DNA from: Selaginella moellendorffii
Lineage: Eukaryota > Plantae > Lycopodiophyta
DNA length: 64,000 bases
Assembly: GCF_000143415.4 (NCBI RefSeq)
Contig: NW_003314285.1
Location: 1,391,370-1,455,369 of the forward strand
Reading direction: 5' to 3'
The notes beneath the pieces were generated by a model. It did no database searches and was not told the DNA's origin. It was given only the letters and a program-made list of their open reading frames with translations. Positions 12,179 to 24,567 of this stretch are shown one piece after another (position 1 is the first letter of the stretch; each line of letters starts with the position of its first letter). Position numbers and translations under genes: made by a program.

Positions 12179-12909
12179 CTAGCTGTCGGGGGCTGGAGAA
12201 GCATGGTGCATGCAAATTTGCCACACACCATCTTGCCTCTCAAAGACGTTCGTCGCAACCTGTTTCCCCCAGCTCGTCCCCGACCGCACCACTTCCAAGC
12301 ACGTAACATATCCCAAGTCTCCCCTGACACGGACTTCCACATGTTCCAGACGAATCCGCAGCGGGAAATCCACCTCCGGTCCCAGCATCACTTCCCAGCT
12401 CGATATCACAAGCTCGTGGCCGGAGATTCGTCCGGCGCCAGGATGAACACAGTGTACGCTGTCGCCTTTCTTCCACATCTTGCGCATTGCTGCCAGGTCC
12501 CCTTGCTCGAAAGCTCTGTAGAAGCGAGCGTTGGCTTCGAGCACGCCGGTAACACCATCCTGTTGGACGCCGCGCAGCCTGTCACGTACAATTGCGGCCT
12601 TGGCATAATCCTCGGACTGTATAGCTTGCTGCAGCTCCGCTTCTAGTGCGTGCTCGTCGTCTAGCAACCAGTCTTTGCGCATTCCAGTAGTTGGGTCTTC
12701 TTTTGCGCATCTCACCATCACTCTGTTCAAGCTCCTTTTGGAAACGGCACTGCACGTAACAAAAAGTTTGCATTTCTTGTCACTTCGTAGCAAAACAAAA
12801 AGACGAACCTTTGGAAATGGGAAGCCGGCTTAAAAGCACGGCACCTCCTGTCCGGGATGACTCTCGAGCACACCGGAAACATCACCGCCGCCATGGCTCT
12901 CCACTCCAT
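12179..12909 (-). CDS. UVR + SnoaL-like domain protein (SKIP8-like), probably plastid-targeted
   Basis: ELQQAIQSEDYAKAAIVRDRL (UVR) and ANARFYRAFEQGDLAAM...CVHPG...ATNVFER...HHASP (SnoaL_3). Transit-peptide-like first exon and one intron at about 12752-12809. Confidence 0.85.
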
Positions 12910-12968
12910 CACTGAATTGAAGCGCTAAAACCCTAGAGCTACTGTTGCTCTGGCTCCCGCAATCTTAT

Positions 12969-14870
12969 CTACTTCCTTGCCTTGGATTTTTTCAGCGCAG
13001 CTTCTCTGTCAGCAGCCTGCTTCGCAATTCTCTCGGCCCTTTCCCTCCTCTCTTTTTTCTTCTTTTCTTCCTTGCTCATTTGCTGCACAAAAGAAATTCG
13101 TGAAGTCCACTCGAAAGGTGAAAGGAAAAAGCAATTTTCCTTACCTCCACGGGCTTCGCTTTCTCAACCGGCTTCGCAACGGCCGGCTTTGGAGGTTCTA
13201 CTTTCGGCTTGGACAACGTCTTCACGTAGTTTTCGATCTTTTGCCTCGTGAGGTCTTGAATCTGCAAGACAGCATAGCTGAAGGGAAGTATAATCTCAAG
13301 GATAACTTACCATGAGTTCTCGCCATTCGGCTGCCCAAGCTTCATCAGAAACCTCATTCACGATCTCGGCCTGCGCTTTGAGAAGCACGTCCCGTTCTTC
13401 TTTCTTCTTTGGATCTTTCAAGTCGTCTTCTGACCAGTCTGATTCTTTGAGTGGGTATTTGAGAGGCACCTTCCAGTCAGCAGGGCGTTGTGGCATTATC
13501 ATGCTGTCAACTTCCGCTTCTACTGCTCTTCGAGCCTTGTAATAAGAAACATTCTTCACAACAGCAGGATCTTCCAGCGTTTCAACAGGATCTGTAGTGA
13601 CTAAAACCTGCAAAGGCACAAGGAATCAGCTCGAGGAAACATAAAAAGAGAAAATAAAAATAAAAGGAAAGCAGAGACCTGCTGCATCGATTCCCATCCA
13701 GGCTCTTGGTTCCCAACAGCCTTTTGTGCTAATCTGTTGCGTCGCCACTCCTGCATGCAATAGTAGCATTTCTCTTAGCACTGAACAACTCAGAAAAGCA
13801 GAACAGACCTCATAGTTCCACCACATTTCCTTCTTCATATCTTCATCCATTCGGTAACCCCCTTCTAGTTCCGGACGCGTGAAAAGAAAGAACTCCGCAG
13901 TTGCGGGGTCTTCGCAGCTTTCTAAGATAGCCTGCACAGATCGAGCGCGAATATCGTGTTTAGGAACAAGCATCGTTACTTACTTCATTTGGAACGTTCA
14001 ATTTCTTGTAAGCATTTAGTGCTTTTGTCGAGGAGTTTATAAGCTGCGGACATAATAAACCAAGTGTTTGTTAAAATCAAGTATGCCTTACTTTATCGGC
14101 GTGAAAGCCAGGTCTCCAAGCATTTCCATTGCACTCGGTACACTTCATTACTCCCTGCAACCAGGCATAAGTTCAAAGATAACAGAGTTGGAAAAGATAA
14201 ATAGAACAAAGGAGAGATCTCATACTGTTCCAGAACAAGTCGTACAGTCTTTTGAAGGCAGAGTGTAGCCAACGTCCGCGCTAGCCGAGGTAGTTCTAAG
14301 TTGCGCACGTCCATCCACAACTGATTTGGCAGCACTTTCAGCTGTCGAGCTTTCTCCTCTAATGGTTAAAGAAGAATTAAACAAGGAACCTTGCTATCTA
14401 GCAAAAAAAGGGAGAGAAAACGTACCCTTCCAACCCTGGATTCACGATAAGGTACTGGATTTTCCCGGTGCCTCTACATGACGTGCATCGAATCCCTTCC
14501 CAGCCATTACAAGTGTTGCATTCTCTATGGAGGCAAAATAAGAAATGCAAACGTTTTAGAGCTCCGCGAGAACGAACTTACTTTTTTCCGTAGAATTTCC
14601 TCATCACATCCAGCACAAGGCAGGCATTCCCAGCAACTGCGCATCCCTGGGAGAGCCACGAGATAGATAAATGCGAGGCAATGCAATGCACAAAAAGCTC
14701 ACCGCAACGCTCCACCCGGCCACATCCGTGACGAGCTTCGGCACGCCAAATCCAGACTCGGCGAATTCCTTGGCGCTGCAAGCGAAATGGAAGGCCGTGA
14801 ATGCGACGAGGTCGGCCACCACGACGGCGCGCTTCACGACCGTCGCCATCGCCTGCTTGACGCCCTCCAT
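12969..14870 (-). CDS. EMB2737: EMB2737 (At5g53860)-like chloroplast protein, multi-exon
   Basis: GFGVPKL, GVMKCTEC, DPATAEFFLFTRP...WWNYE and DPVETLEDPAVVKNVSYYKARRAVEAEV...DWSEDDLKDP recall At5g53860 from memory. Stop TAG 12969-12971. Confidence 0.8.
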
Positions 14871-15014
14871 TTCTCCCCTATCCGCATAAACCCTAAACCC
14901 ACATTGGAATTTTTCTTTACCCTTTCTTTTACTCTCTTCAAGGCATTGTTTCCTTTAACTGTTTCCTTTAACCTTTAACTTCCGGATGAAACAATAACTA
15001 TATAGCGCTTTCTC

Positions 15015-16416
15015 TCAGTGTGTACAGTTCTTTGGAAGATTTCTTATAACGTTGTTCTTGAGCCCCAGCTTCGTTCTCATGGCCTCCAGTCTCATGGCTG
15101 GAAGGTGGCTCGTCTCCTTGCGACTGACGAACGATCGCTGGCTTTGTCGAGTTGCCAATCCCATGCTTCGATACCTGCGATAATGAAAGCTATGGGGAAA
15201 AGATTGTGTTTTTCCGAAAGAGTACCTTGAGACGAGAGCACGAACAGCGCTAGCACTGCCACCGGTGCTGCGATCTTCCACAGGCCTGGGCCTTTGCTTG
15301 TAGTAGCGATGAAACTCTCGAGAGCCGATCGTTTTGGTGACCACGCCATCCTCCGAGGATTTGAGGACGAGCTCGTAGCCGCCAGTAGAGAGCGAAATAG
15401 GAGACTCGTCCTCTTGATCAACAGCCATGAGCTCTCCTCCTTCCTCGTAGCTGGAGAAATGCATCCAGGCTCAAAACCGAAACACATGAAATACAAATCT
15501 TCCACAAACCTTCTGCTATAGTCGTAAAAGTCCTCGAGCTCTTCCTCGGCACCGTCATCGCCCTCACCGTAACGAAGCTTGCAGTGGCTCTTTGCGATCA
15601 TGTGTTTCCTCACAGCCTCGAGGCTCTGGAATCGCTTCCCGCTTTCGTCGCAGTAGAGGCACATAAATCCTTTGGTGACCTGACATGAAGAACAAAGAAC
15701 AATCAAAACAAAGTTTTGAGAACGTTGGTCTACCTTGGAACCGAGATAGCTCAGCAATCCCGTCGCGTCTTTCAAATACTCGGCATCCGGGATGAAAAAT
15801 CCATGCATCCTGTGCATGTGTTCCACGCAGCCTTCCAGAGTTTGATCCGGCTCAGCGTCGCAGATGAAGCACTGTGCCGGATTCCAATCCGTGTCGGTGA
15901 TGGCGGCAGTGGTGGCGGTGCCATTGTCTTCCTCATCCGTGAAGGACTGGATATCTACGTCGCCATCGTCCACTTCCTCCCACTCGTCCTCACTTTCCTC
16001 CTCTTTCTCCAAGCTCTTCTTACTTCCATCCATGGACAGAGATCGAGCAGGACGAACAACCGCAGTAGCGTCGCGACCGTCGCTGGCTCTACTCAAATGG
16101 AGCTTGGATTTGAGGTGCTGCTCGTGCGCATTGACGGTGGAGTAGGACTTGTTGCAAGTAGCGCAAGTGTAAATCATCCGGGCTTCTTGGGTGTTCTTCT
16201 CAGCTGCCAGAAGCTCCAGCCGGAGATTGAAGAGCTTCTCGGAGACGCCGGGAATCCCAGCAACCTATCGGCAATCCAGAGAAAAGAATCACTCTCAAAA
16301 CCCTCGACTTCGATCCATACCTTGCGCTTGAGATTGTGCCGGTGCCACTCCGATCGATAGTGCGCCCGCTGCTCCCCCTCATCCAAATCCGCGTTGCAGG
16401 CGTTGCAGCGATACAT
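15015..16416 (-). CDS. REIL: REI1-like C2H2 zinc-finger 60S biogenesis factor (ZNF622 family)
   Basis: CNACN...HYRSEWHRHNLKRK, CATCNKSY...HLKSKLH, HGFFIPDAEYL, CLYC...HMIAKSHC and GSREFHRYYKQ. Confidence 0.93.
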
Positions 16417-16489
16417 GATCCCTCTCCTCCTCTCGATCGAGCGACGAAACCCTCGCGCAAAGAATGCGAAGAGAGAGTGAAATAAAAGA

Positions 16490-16535
16490 GGAGCTAGGGC
16501 TTGGGAATTGAGAGTTAGGGTTAATTTAGGGAGGG
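16490..16535. promoter_or_regulatory. Telo-box cluster in the bidirectional REIL/RBP promoter
   Basis: ttagggttaatttaggg (reverse AAACCCTA-like) between divergent genes. Typical of ribosome-biogenesis promoters. Confidence 0.55.
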
Positions 16536-16737
16536 AGGGATTCTAGGAAGCGCCCGACAGGACACACCAGGTAAGCGCCACTCCACCGATCTCGCGCTAC
16601 TCGCTCGTCTCGGCTCCTCGTCCCAGCGATCGAGGCGCCGGCGCCGGCGCCGGCGAGCGCGCCATTCCAATCCGGCTGACGAGATCTCCCACCATCGCTG
16701 GGGTTTTGCAGGCTCGCAAAATTTTGGTAGTGAGGGG

Positions 16738-18318
16738 ATGGAATCCGACCAGGGGAAGCTTTTCATAGGAGGCATTTCGTGGGAGACGACAGAGGAGCAG
16801 CTTAGAGACTACTTCCAGAGATACGGGGAGATTGCGGAGACGATGATCATGAAGGACAGGAACACTGGGCGAGCTCGAGGATTCGGCTTCGTTTCCTTTG
16901 CGGATCCATCCGCCGCAGACATGGCAGTCGCCGAGAAGCACACGATCAATGGCAGACTGGTAAGCTCACTCGCTCTCTCCTAGAACAAAATTTTTCTAGG
17001 ACTTTGGGTTTTAGTCCCTGGTCGGGTCGGGTGAATGTCGTCGTTATAACTAGTGCTAGTTGTGTCTGTCCCTTTTTTTTTCGACTCTACATAGGTGGAA
17101 GCAAAGAAAGCTGTGCCAAGAGATGAGCAGCAGACTATTCCTAGGAGCAGCATCAGTAGCGGTGGCCAGAGTCCAGGGGGTGGTCAGGGTAGGACAAAAA
17201 AGATTTTTGTGGGTGGCTTAGCGTCAACTGTCACAGAAGAGGAGTTTCGAGGATATTTTGAGCAATTTGGTACTATTTCAGATGCAGTGGTCATGTATGA
17301 TCACACCACGCAGCGGCCCAGGGGATTCGGCTTCATCACGTTCGACTCCGAGGACTCGGTCGAAGCGGTGCTCATGAAGTCGTTCCACGAGCTGAAAGAC
17401 AAGATGGTTGAAGTGAAGCGGGCAGTTCCAAGGGACCAGTCCACCCCGAGCGTGAAGCCGATCAACACACTGGCCGGGATGGGAAGAGCTTACGGACAGG
17501 GATACCCGAGCCCGCAGATTTACGGTGGCCGTCCGGATGGAAGATTTGGAGCAGTGCCTGCGAGAGGCGCTTATCCTTATCCCGCCGGTGGCTATCCAGG
17601 CTACGCAGGAGCGGGGTATATGATGAACGGGAGCTACGCAGGTGGATATCCAGGGGGCTACGCTACTGGTGCTGGATATGGCGGAGCAGCAGGCTATGGG
17701 AACGGCGGTGGAAGCAGTCCGGGATATGGAAACAACTTGAGTAGAAGCGCTTGGCCTGGAGCGGCCGGAGGCTATGGAAGCTCGCAGGGATACGGCGGTG
17801 GCGGTGGCGGATATGGAGCGGCGGGGATGTGGGGCTCGGCGACGCAAGCTCAAGGTGGCAGCGGCGGGTATGGTGGCTACTATAGTAACGATAATGGCTA
17901 CGGTTCTAGCGGGGCGGGTTACGGTGGTCGAGGCTATGGTAGCAGTCCTGGAGGGTATGGAAGCACAGGCACAGGTCCAGGGAGTGGGAGCTATGCGGCA
18001 GGGAGTGGTAGCTACAATGGTGGAGGATACGGGGATGGGTATGGAAGCGCGGGGTATGCTGATGGTGGTAACTGGGGTGGCGATGGTGGCTACAGTGGTG
18101 GCGGTGGTGCCGGAGCCAATGGTAGCTATGACTTGAATGGTGGTAACGGTGGTGAGAATGGTGAAGGTGGCGGGTACGGTGGTGGGAATGGTAGCACCGG
18201 CTATGGTGGCGCTGCGAACCGGCAGTCGTCCCAGAGAGGAGGCGCGGATACTCGCTTCCGTCCTTACCCGGCGACCATGCACTCACTAATAAATATTTTG
18301 TTAAAACGAAGCTTCTAG
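16738..18318 (+). CDS. hnRNP A/B (Musashi-like) RNA-binding protein, two RRMs plus Gly/Tyr-rich tail
   Basis: KLFIGGISW..RGFGFVSF and KIFVGGL..RGFGFITF. Intron about 16960-17094. RFRPY PY-NLS-like end. Confidence 0.93.
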
Positions 18319-18907
18319 TAATTACCAGAATAGAGGGAGTGAAAACAGTAAGCAAAACTAAAATAAATAAGATTAGAGAATACATATTTTTAAAGTTTTT
18401 ATTTAAATCTACATAACTTAACTAAATGATTCGATCTGATTAGTTTGACTCAAGGTGGAATATTCGTAATATTATACTTTTGATTTCGTTAATCCTACAG
18501 TCAGTTTGTTAATAGAAAGCCTAAAGTCTAAACTATGAAAACTCGCACAAAAATTGATATTTTCCTGTATTGCAATATTCTCGCCCTTCTAAAATGTATG
18601 CCTTTAGAACATTTTTCATTGTATAGTTTCCGTAATGACCTAGAGGTTGCTTGAATCTCAAAATATATCATGTGCAAAAAACGTAGGGGTATCAGAGGGC
18701 ATCTGTTAGATTTTAAAAAGTTAGGACACCAGAGAGAAACACCATCAAACTTTATACTTACCTTCTTATCACTTTGTAAGTTGCACTTGAGAGATTGTTC
18801 CTCATTTGGATCTAAATCCAAAACATCAAGAACGTAACTGTAAGGGTTCAGCTGAACCTGACTGGAATCTACACATCCAGATCCAACAACGAATGAAACC
18901 ATCAAAG

Positions 18908-20651
18908 CTATGCCACTTCCTTCTCCGTACCTTGTTGTTCCTCGGCTTTGATCTGCGAGGTGTTGAGATTTTCCTCCGGAACGAGTGAAGTAGCAGGAGC
19001 TCCAGTAGCCAGATAAGACTCTGCAATTCGCTGCTGGACATTTGCAAGGTGAAACTCAGCAAGCTTCCGCTGAAGAGCTGCTGCAAGTTCTTCTTCGCCT
19101 AACGCTCTCGAGATCGCTTGATCTTGCAGATGGTACTTCAAAGCTGCACGGAAAAATCTCCTAATCAATCACCGAGAGCGATATCACAACAAGATTCTTG
19201 AAAATACCGGTGCTTTGCTGGTGCCGATTGCGATCGAAGTTCCGGCTTTGCAAAGGCTTCGCGTCTGGATCCGCTTTTCTGCAAAGAAAACCGACAGACA
19301 CATTTTATACCCCACCACCTTTCGTGAAAAGAAAACAAGAGAAAAAAGCTCACTTCTCGTTGCCATGTCTGCCTTTCTCCTTGTACGGCTTCACTAGAAC
19401 ACGGGCTCCACATATGTAGTGCGGGTTTCCCTCCGCCAGGATCGTCCGTACGGTCTCCGAGTACGTAAAGGTGACGAAGCCAAACATTCTCTTTTGCTGG
19501 TAAGGAATCCTCACGTCTTGTACGGGCCCGAAAGAACTGAGCAACGAAAAGAACCATAAACAAAACAATGCCATGCGATTTTCTTCTCAATCACATACCT
19601 GAAGTGTGTAGTAACATCCTCCTCGGAGAAGCCACTCTCCGCTGGAAAAGTTAGATAGATTTGCCTGGAGCTGGGATTCGCAGCGATCGCGCTCGAGTCT
19701 TGTCCATATGCCATAAACTTGTGAGCGTCCTCGGCAAGAACAACAGCGTGCTGACCATGAGGCCTGGAAAGATATCAAACACAAAGAGATGAAAGCTTTG
19801 ATGATTGGGATCGACGAGTTCTCTTGGTATATATACCTGTCGATGAGAGTTACTGTAGCTCGCAGCTTGATGAGGAGCTTGGTGAGGCTGTGCCCAGCTT
19901 TCCCATGCCTCTGGCTCTCGGTCAAGTATCCATCAGCCTGCAAGGACTTCCCAAACTTCTCGTGGTAGAGCTGGGGTAGCGACGCGATCGACACGGGCGT
20001 TCTCCTCCCGGTGAGAAGCTCACGCATCTCGGCTTCCAATCCAGCCAGAGAATCCACCATCGATGATCCTGTGAGATCGCTGGAAGAACTGGCGGGAGGA
20101 GGATTGCTGGCATTGCTGCCACCACTGCTAGTGCTGCTGTTGCTGATTTTCTCCAGCGATTCATCGCCGGATGATACGTGAAGGAACCGGCACGCGCTAC
20201 CGTGCTTGCAGTATCCTCTCGCGAAATAGAGGCATGGCTTCCACGAGGGAGACGAAGGTGACGTGGCATTGACCGCGGCGACGTGGTCAGCGCGCGTCAA
20301 CTTCTCGAGGTAGCTCGGCCTCTCCCATATGTCGCTCAAATCCTGTGCCACCACCGGGGACTGGCTTCCAAGACCAAGAACTTGCGATCCCTCGGCACCG
20401 AGACATGGGATCGAATCGATCGCCAGCGCCTGATCGCCAGCGCTGCCACCGCCGCTTGAGATCAATCCCAGCTCCTGCTTGGCTCTGGCGACGAATGCCT
20501 CCACCACCGAATCGGAGCTGCGAGCCAGCTCAAGCATCTCTTTCTCGCTAATGTCTTGCAGCAGCAAGTAGCCCATGATCTTGAGCACGTTTGCCGAGTC
20601 GAGGCATTGGACGCGCGTGTAGACCGCGCGGCGGGCCTCCTCCACATCCAT
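18908..20651 (-). CDS. CCCH zinc finger + OST-HTH + RRM protein (C3H18/22/53-like)
   Basis: [61 protein letters not shown] and [22 protein letters not shown]. 3' end approximate. Confidence 0.9.
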
Positions 20652-21009
20652 CGCGACTGGAGTCGATCAACAAGCGAGAAAGAAGATCTCGAGAAAGCTC
20701 AAGAAAAACTTCGCGTTACCTGATGATCGATCGCTGGAAGAAGACAAATGGAGGAAGGGTCATTCTAGCGAGGACAAAGATCGCCGAGCAAGATTGGAAG
20801 GCGCCCCATTCGCGCGATTCACACCATCGCGGCGAGCATTCTCTCTCTCAGTGAAACCTCAGCTCACTCCAGCGGCGCCGCCCCACCCATCGGTTTCAGC
20901 GGCGCCACCACGCCCCGGCGGCGCAACCAAAATTAGGCTCTGACTGTCGGCTGCATGTCCGCCGTCGATTGCTCCATCCAACGGCGCTAATCTCAGCGGC
21001 GGAGAATAT

Positions 21010-21088
21010 CCGCGTGCCCTGCCCAACACGTGGCGCGATGCGTGGCTAACTAGAATCCCGCCGCGTGGCAATCCAACACGTGGCGCGA
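21010..21088. promoter_or_regulatory. Duplicated CGCG-box + ABRE module in the divergent CCCH/PPR promoter
   Basis: ccgcgtg at 21010 and 21061. 16-bp direct repeat ccaacacgtggcgcga at 21023 and 21073. Confidence 0.55.
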
Positions 21089-21129
21089 GCTTTCACGAGC
21101 CGTACCACTGTCCTGTCCGCTACCTAATT

Positions 21130-22908
21130 ATGGACGGGCATTTAGGCCGCACGGCTGTCGTGGTGGAGAACAAGAAGATCGACCTGTACGGACGGCGTGG
21201 CAGCGTGAGAGAGGCGAGGGAGATTTTCGACGCCATAGCTGACAAGAATGCCTACTCGTGGGTGTTGATGCTCTGCGCCTATTCGCGCAATGGGCTCGTC
21301 CGGGAGGCCAAGCTCGTCTTCGATGGAATGCCCGAGCACACCATCGTCTCGCGCAACGCCATGCTCGTCGCCTTCGCCCAGAACGGATTCGTGGACGACG
21401 CGCAGCGCCTGTTTGATTCCATGCCCTGGCGCGACATTGTGTCGTGGAATTCGCTCCTCGCGGCGTATGCCAAGCTGGGGCAAATCCACACGGCGGAGCT
21501 TCTCTTTCGATTGATGCCAGACAGGAATCTCGTCACCTGGAACTCTCTCTTATCGGCTTTTGCGAAACGTGGCAATGCTCTGGAGGCCAGGAGGATGTTT
21601 TCCGCCATGCCACAGTGGGATCTTTTCTCCTGGAACTCGCTTCTTGCGGCAGTTGCCCAACTTGGGCATATAGAATCAGTGAAAACAATTTTTGATCGAA
21701 TGCCTGAGCGTGATGGGGTGTCGTGGAATTCCATTTTGAATCTTTTTTGTCAAACCGGATATATCCACCATGCTGAAACACTGTTCGAACAAATGCCGCA
21801 GCATAATCTTGTCAGCTGGACCTTGATGCTTGTAGCAAATGCTCAATTGGGGCATTTGCGAAAAACAAAGAGTCTCTGGTTAAAGATGCCGCAAAGAGAT
21901 CTGGTTTCCTGGACGACCATGATCAACGCATGTGTCGCGCACGGCGATTTTGCAGAGGCCAAGCGACTGTTTGACGACATGCCGCAGAGGGATTCGGTAT
22001 CGCAGACCGCCATGGTTGCAGCTTATGCCCAATGCGGGCATCTTGATCTTGCGACGCGATTGTTACAGGATATGCCTCGGCACAATCTTCTGTGTTGGAA
22101 CGCAATCCTCGCGGCGACCGCTGCTGAAGGCCGGATAAGCAGAGCAAGCCAGATCTTTGAGGAAATGCCCGAGCAAGACATCGTTTCTTGGAGCACCATG
22201 CTTTCGGCATATGCCCAGAACGGTCTCTTGGACGAAGCCAAGCAAACTTTTGGACTGATGCCTCAGCACAACTCCACGTCTTCGACAGCCATGCTTGCGT
22301 CGTATGCGCAGCACAAGCAGCTGCGAGAGTCCAAGGTTTTGTTCGACAACATGCTGGAACGCGACGTGGTTTCGTGGACTGCAATGCTCGCAGCGTATGC
22401 TCACAATGGTCACGTCAGGCATTCCGAAAGGCTGTTTGAGTCGCTTCCCGAACGGGACACCATCTGCTGGAGCGCTATGCTTGCCGCTCTTGTTCAAAAC
22501 GGGCTCTACTTGGAAGCTTTTGTTGTTTTTGACGAGATGAAGATGGCGGGATCAATTGACAAGGTGTGTTTTGTATCGATCCTCATTGCTTGCAGCCAGG
22601 GAGGGAAGGTTTCCACTGCAAAATCGCTCTTCGTGTCGATGAGTCTTGATTTTGGGTTTCAACCGAGCAAGCAGCACTATTGCTGCATGATCGATGTCTT
22701 TGGGCGAGCCGGGCATTTGGAAAATGCGCAAGATCTTGTAGCTAACATGCCATATGTACCAGATTCGATTCAGTGGAGGTGCTTGTTTGGAGCAAGCCGA
22801 AGTAACAATGATGCTCAACATGGAGCTTCGGTTGCTAGGGAAATAATCGGACTAGAAAAAGAACATTCTGCTTCATATGAGCTTTTTGCCAACTTGATAA
22901 GGTTGTAA
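21130..22908 (+). CDS. PLS-class PPR protein, intact copy (array unit 1)
   Basis: 592-aa intronless ORF of PPR repeats with HYCCMIDVFGRAG E-type end. Confidence 0.93.
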   Translation: MDGHLGRTAVVVENKKIDLYGRRGSVREAREIFDAIADKNAYSWVLMLCAYSRNGLVREAKLVFDGMPEHTIVSRNAMLVAFAQNGFVDDAQRLFDSMPWRDIVSWNSLLAAYAKLGQIHTAELLFRLMPDRNLVTWNSLLSAFAKRGNALEARRMFSAMPQWDLFSWNSLLAAVAQLGHIESVKTIFDRMPERDGVSWNSILNLFCQTGYIHHAETLFEQMPQHNLVSWTLMLVANAQLGHLRKTKSLWLKMPQRDLVSWTTMINACVAHGDFAEAKRLFDDMPQRDSVSQTAMVAAYAQCGHLDLATRLLQDMPRHNLLCWNAILAATAAEGRISRASQIFEEMPEQDIVSWSTMLSAYAQNGLLDEAKQTFGLMPQHNSTSSTAMLASYAQHKQLRESKVLFDNMLERDVVSWTAMLAAYAHNGHVRHSERLFESLPERDTICWSAMLAALVQNGLYLEAFVVFDEMKMAGSIDKVCFVSILIACSQGGKVSTAKSLFVSMSLDFGFQPSKQHYCCMIDVFGRAGHLENAQDLVANMPYVPDSIQWRCLFGASRSNNDAQHGASVAREIIGLEKEHSASYELFANLIRL

Positions 22909-23090
22909 ATTTTATATTTATCCGTCATTTAGGCCCCTTAGTTTGAATAAACTGTAAGTTTTAACATAACTAACCTCTATTCTTACCTTTAATCTCGGAT
23001 ACTTACAAAATGTATGGCGAGATTACCAATAAAATGTAGTGAATATAACAATGTTCTGTGTTTTCTGAAACAGGTTATTTGGAAAATATT

Positions 23091-24275
23091 ATGGCTGGTG
23101 TGAGAGCAATGGTGGATTTGGGTATAGATCATGTACCAAATGAATATTTGACATCCATATGCAAAGGCATAACCATCAAAGCTCCAAACAACCTCCCAAT
23201 TATTGACTTAAGTGGCATAGATAGTGATGATTTGAAAAGAAAATCAGCAGCTGAAGCAATTCATCTAGCATGCCAGAAATGGGGTTTTTTCCAGGTAAAT
23301 AATCTCTTCTGAAATACTTTGCAAATTGTTCTAGTCAGGTCATCGGCCATGGGATATCTAACGAGCTTATGCAAGACATCATCAAAATGGTCCATCACTT
23401 TTTTAACTTGCCTGCCAAGGAAAGGATGGTTTACTACTCAACAGATATCTACAAGAGCTTTAGATTCTCCACAGGATCCATAGCAAGTGCAAAGAAGAAG
23501 TTTTGGAGCGACTATTTGTGTCAGCACTGTAGGCCAGCAGTTCACGAGGATGATGTACCAGAAAGTATTCCAAATTATAGGTACAAACTTTCCTTTAACA
23601 GATCTTCTTCTTTTTTTCTTCTGTTTTAACACTATATATTCATTATAACAAAGGAAAATTACAAGCAATTACGCCAAGGCTGTGGACGAACTTGCCAGAA
23701 AACTATTGCGAATTATTGCTCAAAACCTTGGTCTAGGTTGGCAGATCCTGGAGAAACACTTGGATCCTCCCAAGCAAACCATGAAGATGACATATTATCC
23801 ACAGTGTCCATGCCCTGATCAAGCAATTGGCATAGGCCGCCATGCTGATCCAGGAACCATAACGGTATTACAACAAGAACTTGGAGTTGAGGGCCTTGAG
23901 GTTAACTACAATGGCCAATGGATTCCTGTGAAGCCAGTTGAAGGCGCATTAGTCATTAATATAGCAGACATGCTCCAGGTGAAATAATTTTATGACATTT
24001 TCTATGAGCTCTTAGTTTCCCTCTTACAGATACTAAGCAACAATAAATATAAGAGTGCGGAGCATCAAGTTCTAGTGAACACTAAGAGGCCACGAGTTTC
24101 AATTGCTTCATTTTATGGTCCTACAGATGATAAACATATTGCCCCACTGGAGGAGTTGCTAGGTGACAATCCTCCCATGTTCAAAGCATGCTTGTTCAGA
24201 GAGTACATGGACAGCTTCTACAAGAACCACCTTGGGACGCGAAACATTGAGACACTCAGAATCCTAAACAACTGA
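23091..24275 (+). CDS. DOXC 2OG-Fe(II) dioxygenase (DMR6/S3H/FNS-I-like), unit 1
   Basis: LPIIDLS, ACQKWGFFQV, YYPQCP, HADPG, EHQV and RVSIASF. Introns 23295-23338, 23581-23653 and 23979-24029. Confidence 0.9.
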
Positions 24276-24567
24276 TTATAGGAAACATATTGTCATGATA
24301 ATACATTAATCCGATCCTAATATCATTAATACTACTAAGGCTGGCATGACTGTGGCATTCCATCTGAAAGCTGTTTTACAACAGAGTTCGTGCAGTTTAT
24401 ATACTATATTCTTTCACGGGACTCTTGTTTGCATGTTGCTGTCCAAGAAGGCTGCATGCTCAAAGCCAAAGCAAAGGCTGCACAACATTTCCCGTCTACA
24501 CAAGGAGTTTCTTCTCCTCTTGGTAGCAGTCGATTATAGCAAGGGAGAGAAGTTTCAGAGCTGTGCA

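Noticed and set aside
17278-18385. Long antisense ORFs (334 and 159 aa)
   Set aside because: Shadow frames of the Gly/Tyr-rich low-complexity CDS.
18275-18800. Abrupt AT-rich switch after RFRPYPAT, possibly a TE insertion
   Set aside because: No TIR, TSD or coding remnant found. It is compatible with an ordinary 3' UTR or intergenic DNA.
23014-23073. Possible upstream 2OGD exon (MARLPIK) in frame after splicing
   Set aside because: It needs a 38-bp intron and is unsupported without cDNA, so ATG 23091 was used.
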